The notes under the pieces are model-generated. The model had not been told where the DNA came from, made no database searches, and was given only the letters and a program-made list of their open reading frames with translations. A DNA stretch of 64,000 nt from Rhizophagus irregularis (Eukaryota), in contig NC_089434.1 of NCBI RefSeq assembly GCF_026210795.1, positions 4,960,001 through 5,024,000 of the forward strand. Direction: 5' to 3'. This document shows positions 62,843-64,000 of this stretch, in pieces. The number at the start of each line of letters is the position of its first letter. Position 1 is the first letter of the stretch. Made by a program: the position numbers and the translations under genes.

Positions 62843-64000
62843 GATGGTCGATTTGCTCGTCATCGACGATGGCGCTACTTTGCCCTAAATTCATTAATGA
62901 AACGCAGAGCATCATCAGAAGGTCGACAAATTTAGAGGAAGGGCAACTCACAGTGGACGATACTAGATTTAATGCAAAACGATACTCACATAGCAAAGTA
63001 TTACGGTATGATGAAGGATTGCGTGATACTATTCAATATTGGATGCGTCGTAGAGCTGAATTAGACAAGGTCTCAGAGAATGATTTTCTTTACATTTAGC
63101 GCAGATATGCATTGGCAAGACTTACATAATCTAATGCATAATGAGAAAATTCTGTAAACACAGAAACAGTCCAGGAAGCTGCCAGGCGCCGACGTAAAGA
63201 TCTCATAAATAATCTCCATATTGCTGCATGGTTCTTTGAAAAGCGATTTAAAGTTTTTTTGTTTGAGAAAGTGTTAATGTTAATTCCTAAATAGGGATTA
63301 GTTGACTGGTGGTATCGATTTGAGTGGCAATTCATGTTCATAGCATTGCCAAGCGAAAAGAAGCACCAGAAATCGATTGGGAAAACATGAAAAATAATGA
63401 TCTTTAGTTACAACAATCAATCCCGACCTGAATGCACCTCCTTCTGATCACCACCCATGCCAAAAGCACTCTGAAGACTTTAATGATAATAATGGTTACC
63501 TTACTTATCTAGAACTAACAACTGCCAGAAATGATCCACTTACAAATACAGGGATGGATGGCAAATGTTGATTTGATACCCATCTTTACCAAGCAGTATG
63601 TTTCGAAGTATGCTAGCGAAGCAGAACCACGGTACTTAGGGTCCTTAGCCTTCTCAGAAGTGTTGGACAAAGCTCTTCGTAATGATAACCCAATGATCCA
63701 GCTGTTAAAGCATTCCAAAAGTTGCTTATTCACACAGTCGGAGAACGTGATTTTTCGGCGCAAGAACTTGTCATCATCTTCAATTACCGCTCTATCATAG
63801 TAGCCGAAATTTTGTTAGTCTAAAACTTAACGAAGAGGCGAATCAACAGCTTCGTGATAGTAATGAAAATGTTCCAAATAATGAGAACAATGGAATTATG
63901 TAAACAGATGCCTTACCTCTACAAAGATATTGTAATAGACCTGCCGAACTTGAGGAACTTTCATTGTTCAAATTGGATCAGCAATATAAAAACATTGTAC
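62843..64000 (+). mobile_element. Second Helitron RepHel relic (Rep region), continuing past the window edge
   Basis: DGRFARHRRWRYFALNSLM, QYWMRRRAEL, FFTFSADMHW, LINNLHIAAWFFEKRF and DWWYRFEWQ..HVH (HUH-motif region). 63605-63990 is near-identical to 820-1208. Confidence 0.9.

Noticed and set aside
1..64000. tRNA, rRNA, snRNA or telomeric repeats
   Set aside because: None recognised by eye; a covariance-model scan (tRNAscan-SE, Infernal/Rfam) would be needed to exclude them.

Overview
A very AT-rich, intron-containing eukaryotic window dominated by transposon debris. The gene families (F-box/LRR, TKL kinase with Sel1 repeats, Argonaute, many hAT/Tc1/piggyBac/Helitron/LINE relics) suggest an arbuscular mycorrhizal fungus (Glomeromycotina); this is inference. 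Two genes appear intact. One is a single-exon F-box/LRR gene (3232-4668, -). The other is a six-exon gene only partly seen by the ORF track (35210-36575, -); it encodes about 321 aa with WxxRLRARA repeats, acidic repeats and a C-terminal INCENP IN-box (Aurora-activating) domain. Pseudogenes include Argonaute, a class I HDAC fragment and a protein kinase. Mobile elements include two Helitron RepHel relics at the window ends, two hAT relics, LINE relics, a DD34E Tc1-like element with a convergent partner gene, a piggyBac relic and many MITEs with verifiable TIRs and TSDs, some nested several deep. The strongest leads are the atypical IN-box protein, a candidate spliced hairpin-RNA locus (23.0-23.9 kb), the two-gene Tc1-like element and a candidate micro-exon gene built from tandem intron+exon units (10.1-10.65 kb). 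All translations, splice models and alignments were done by eye; no database search was run.
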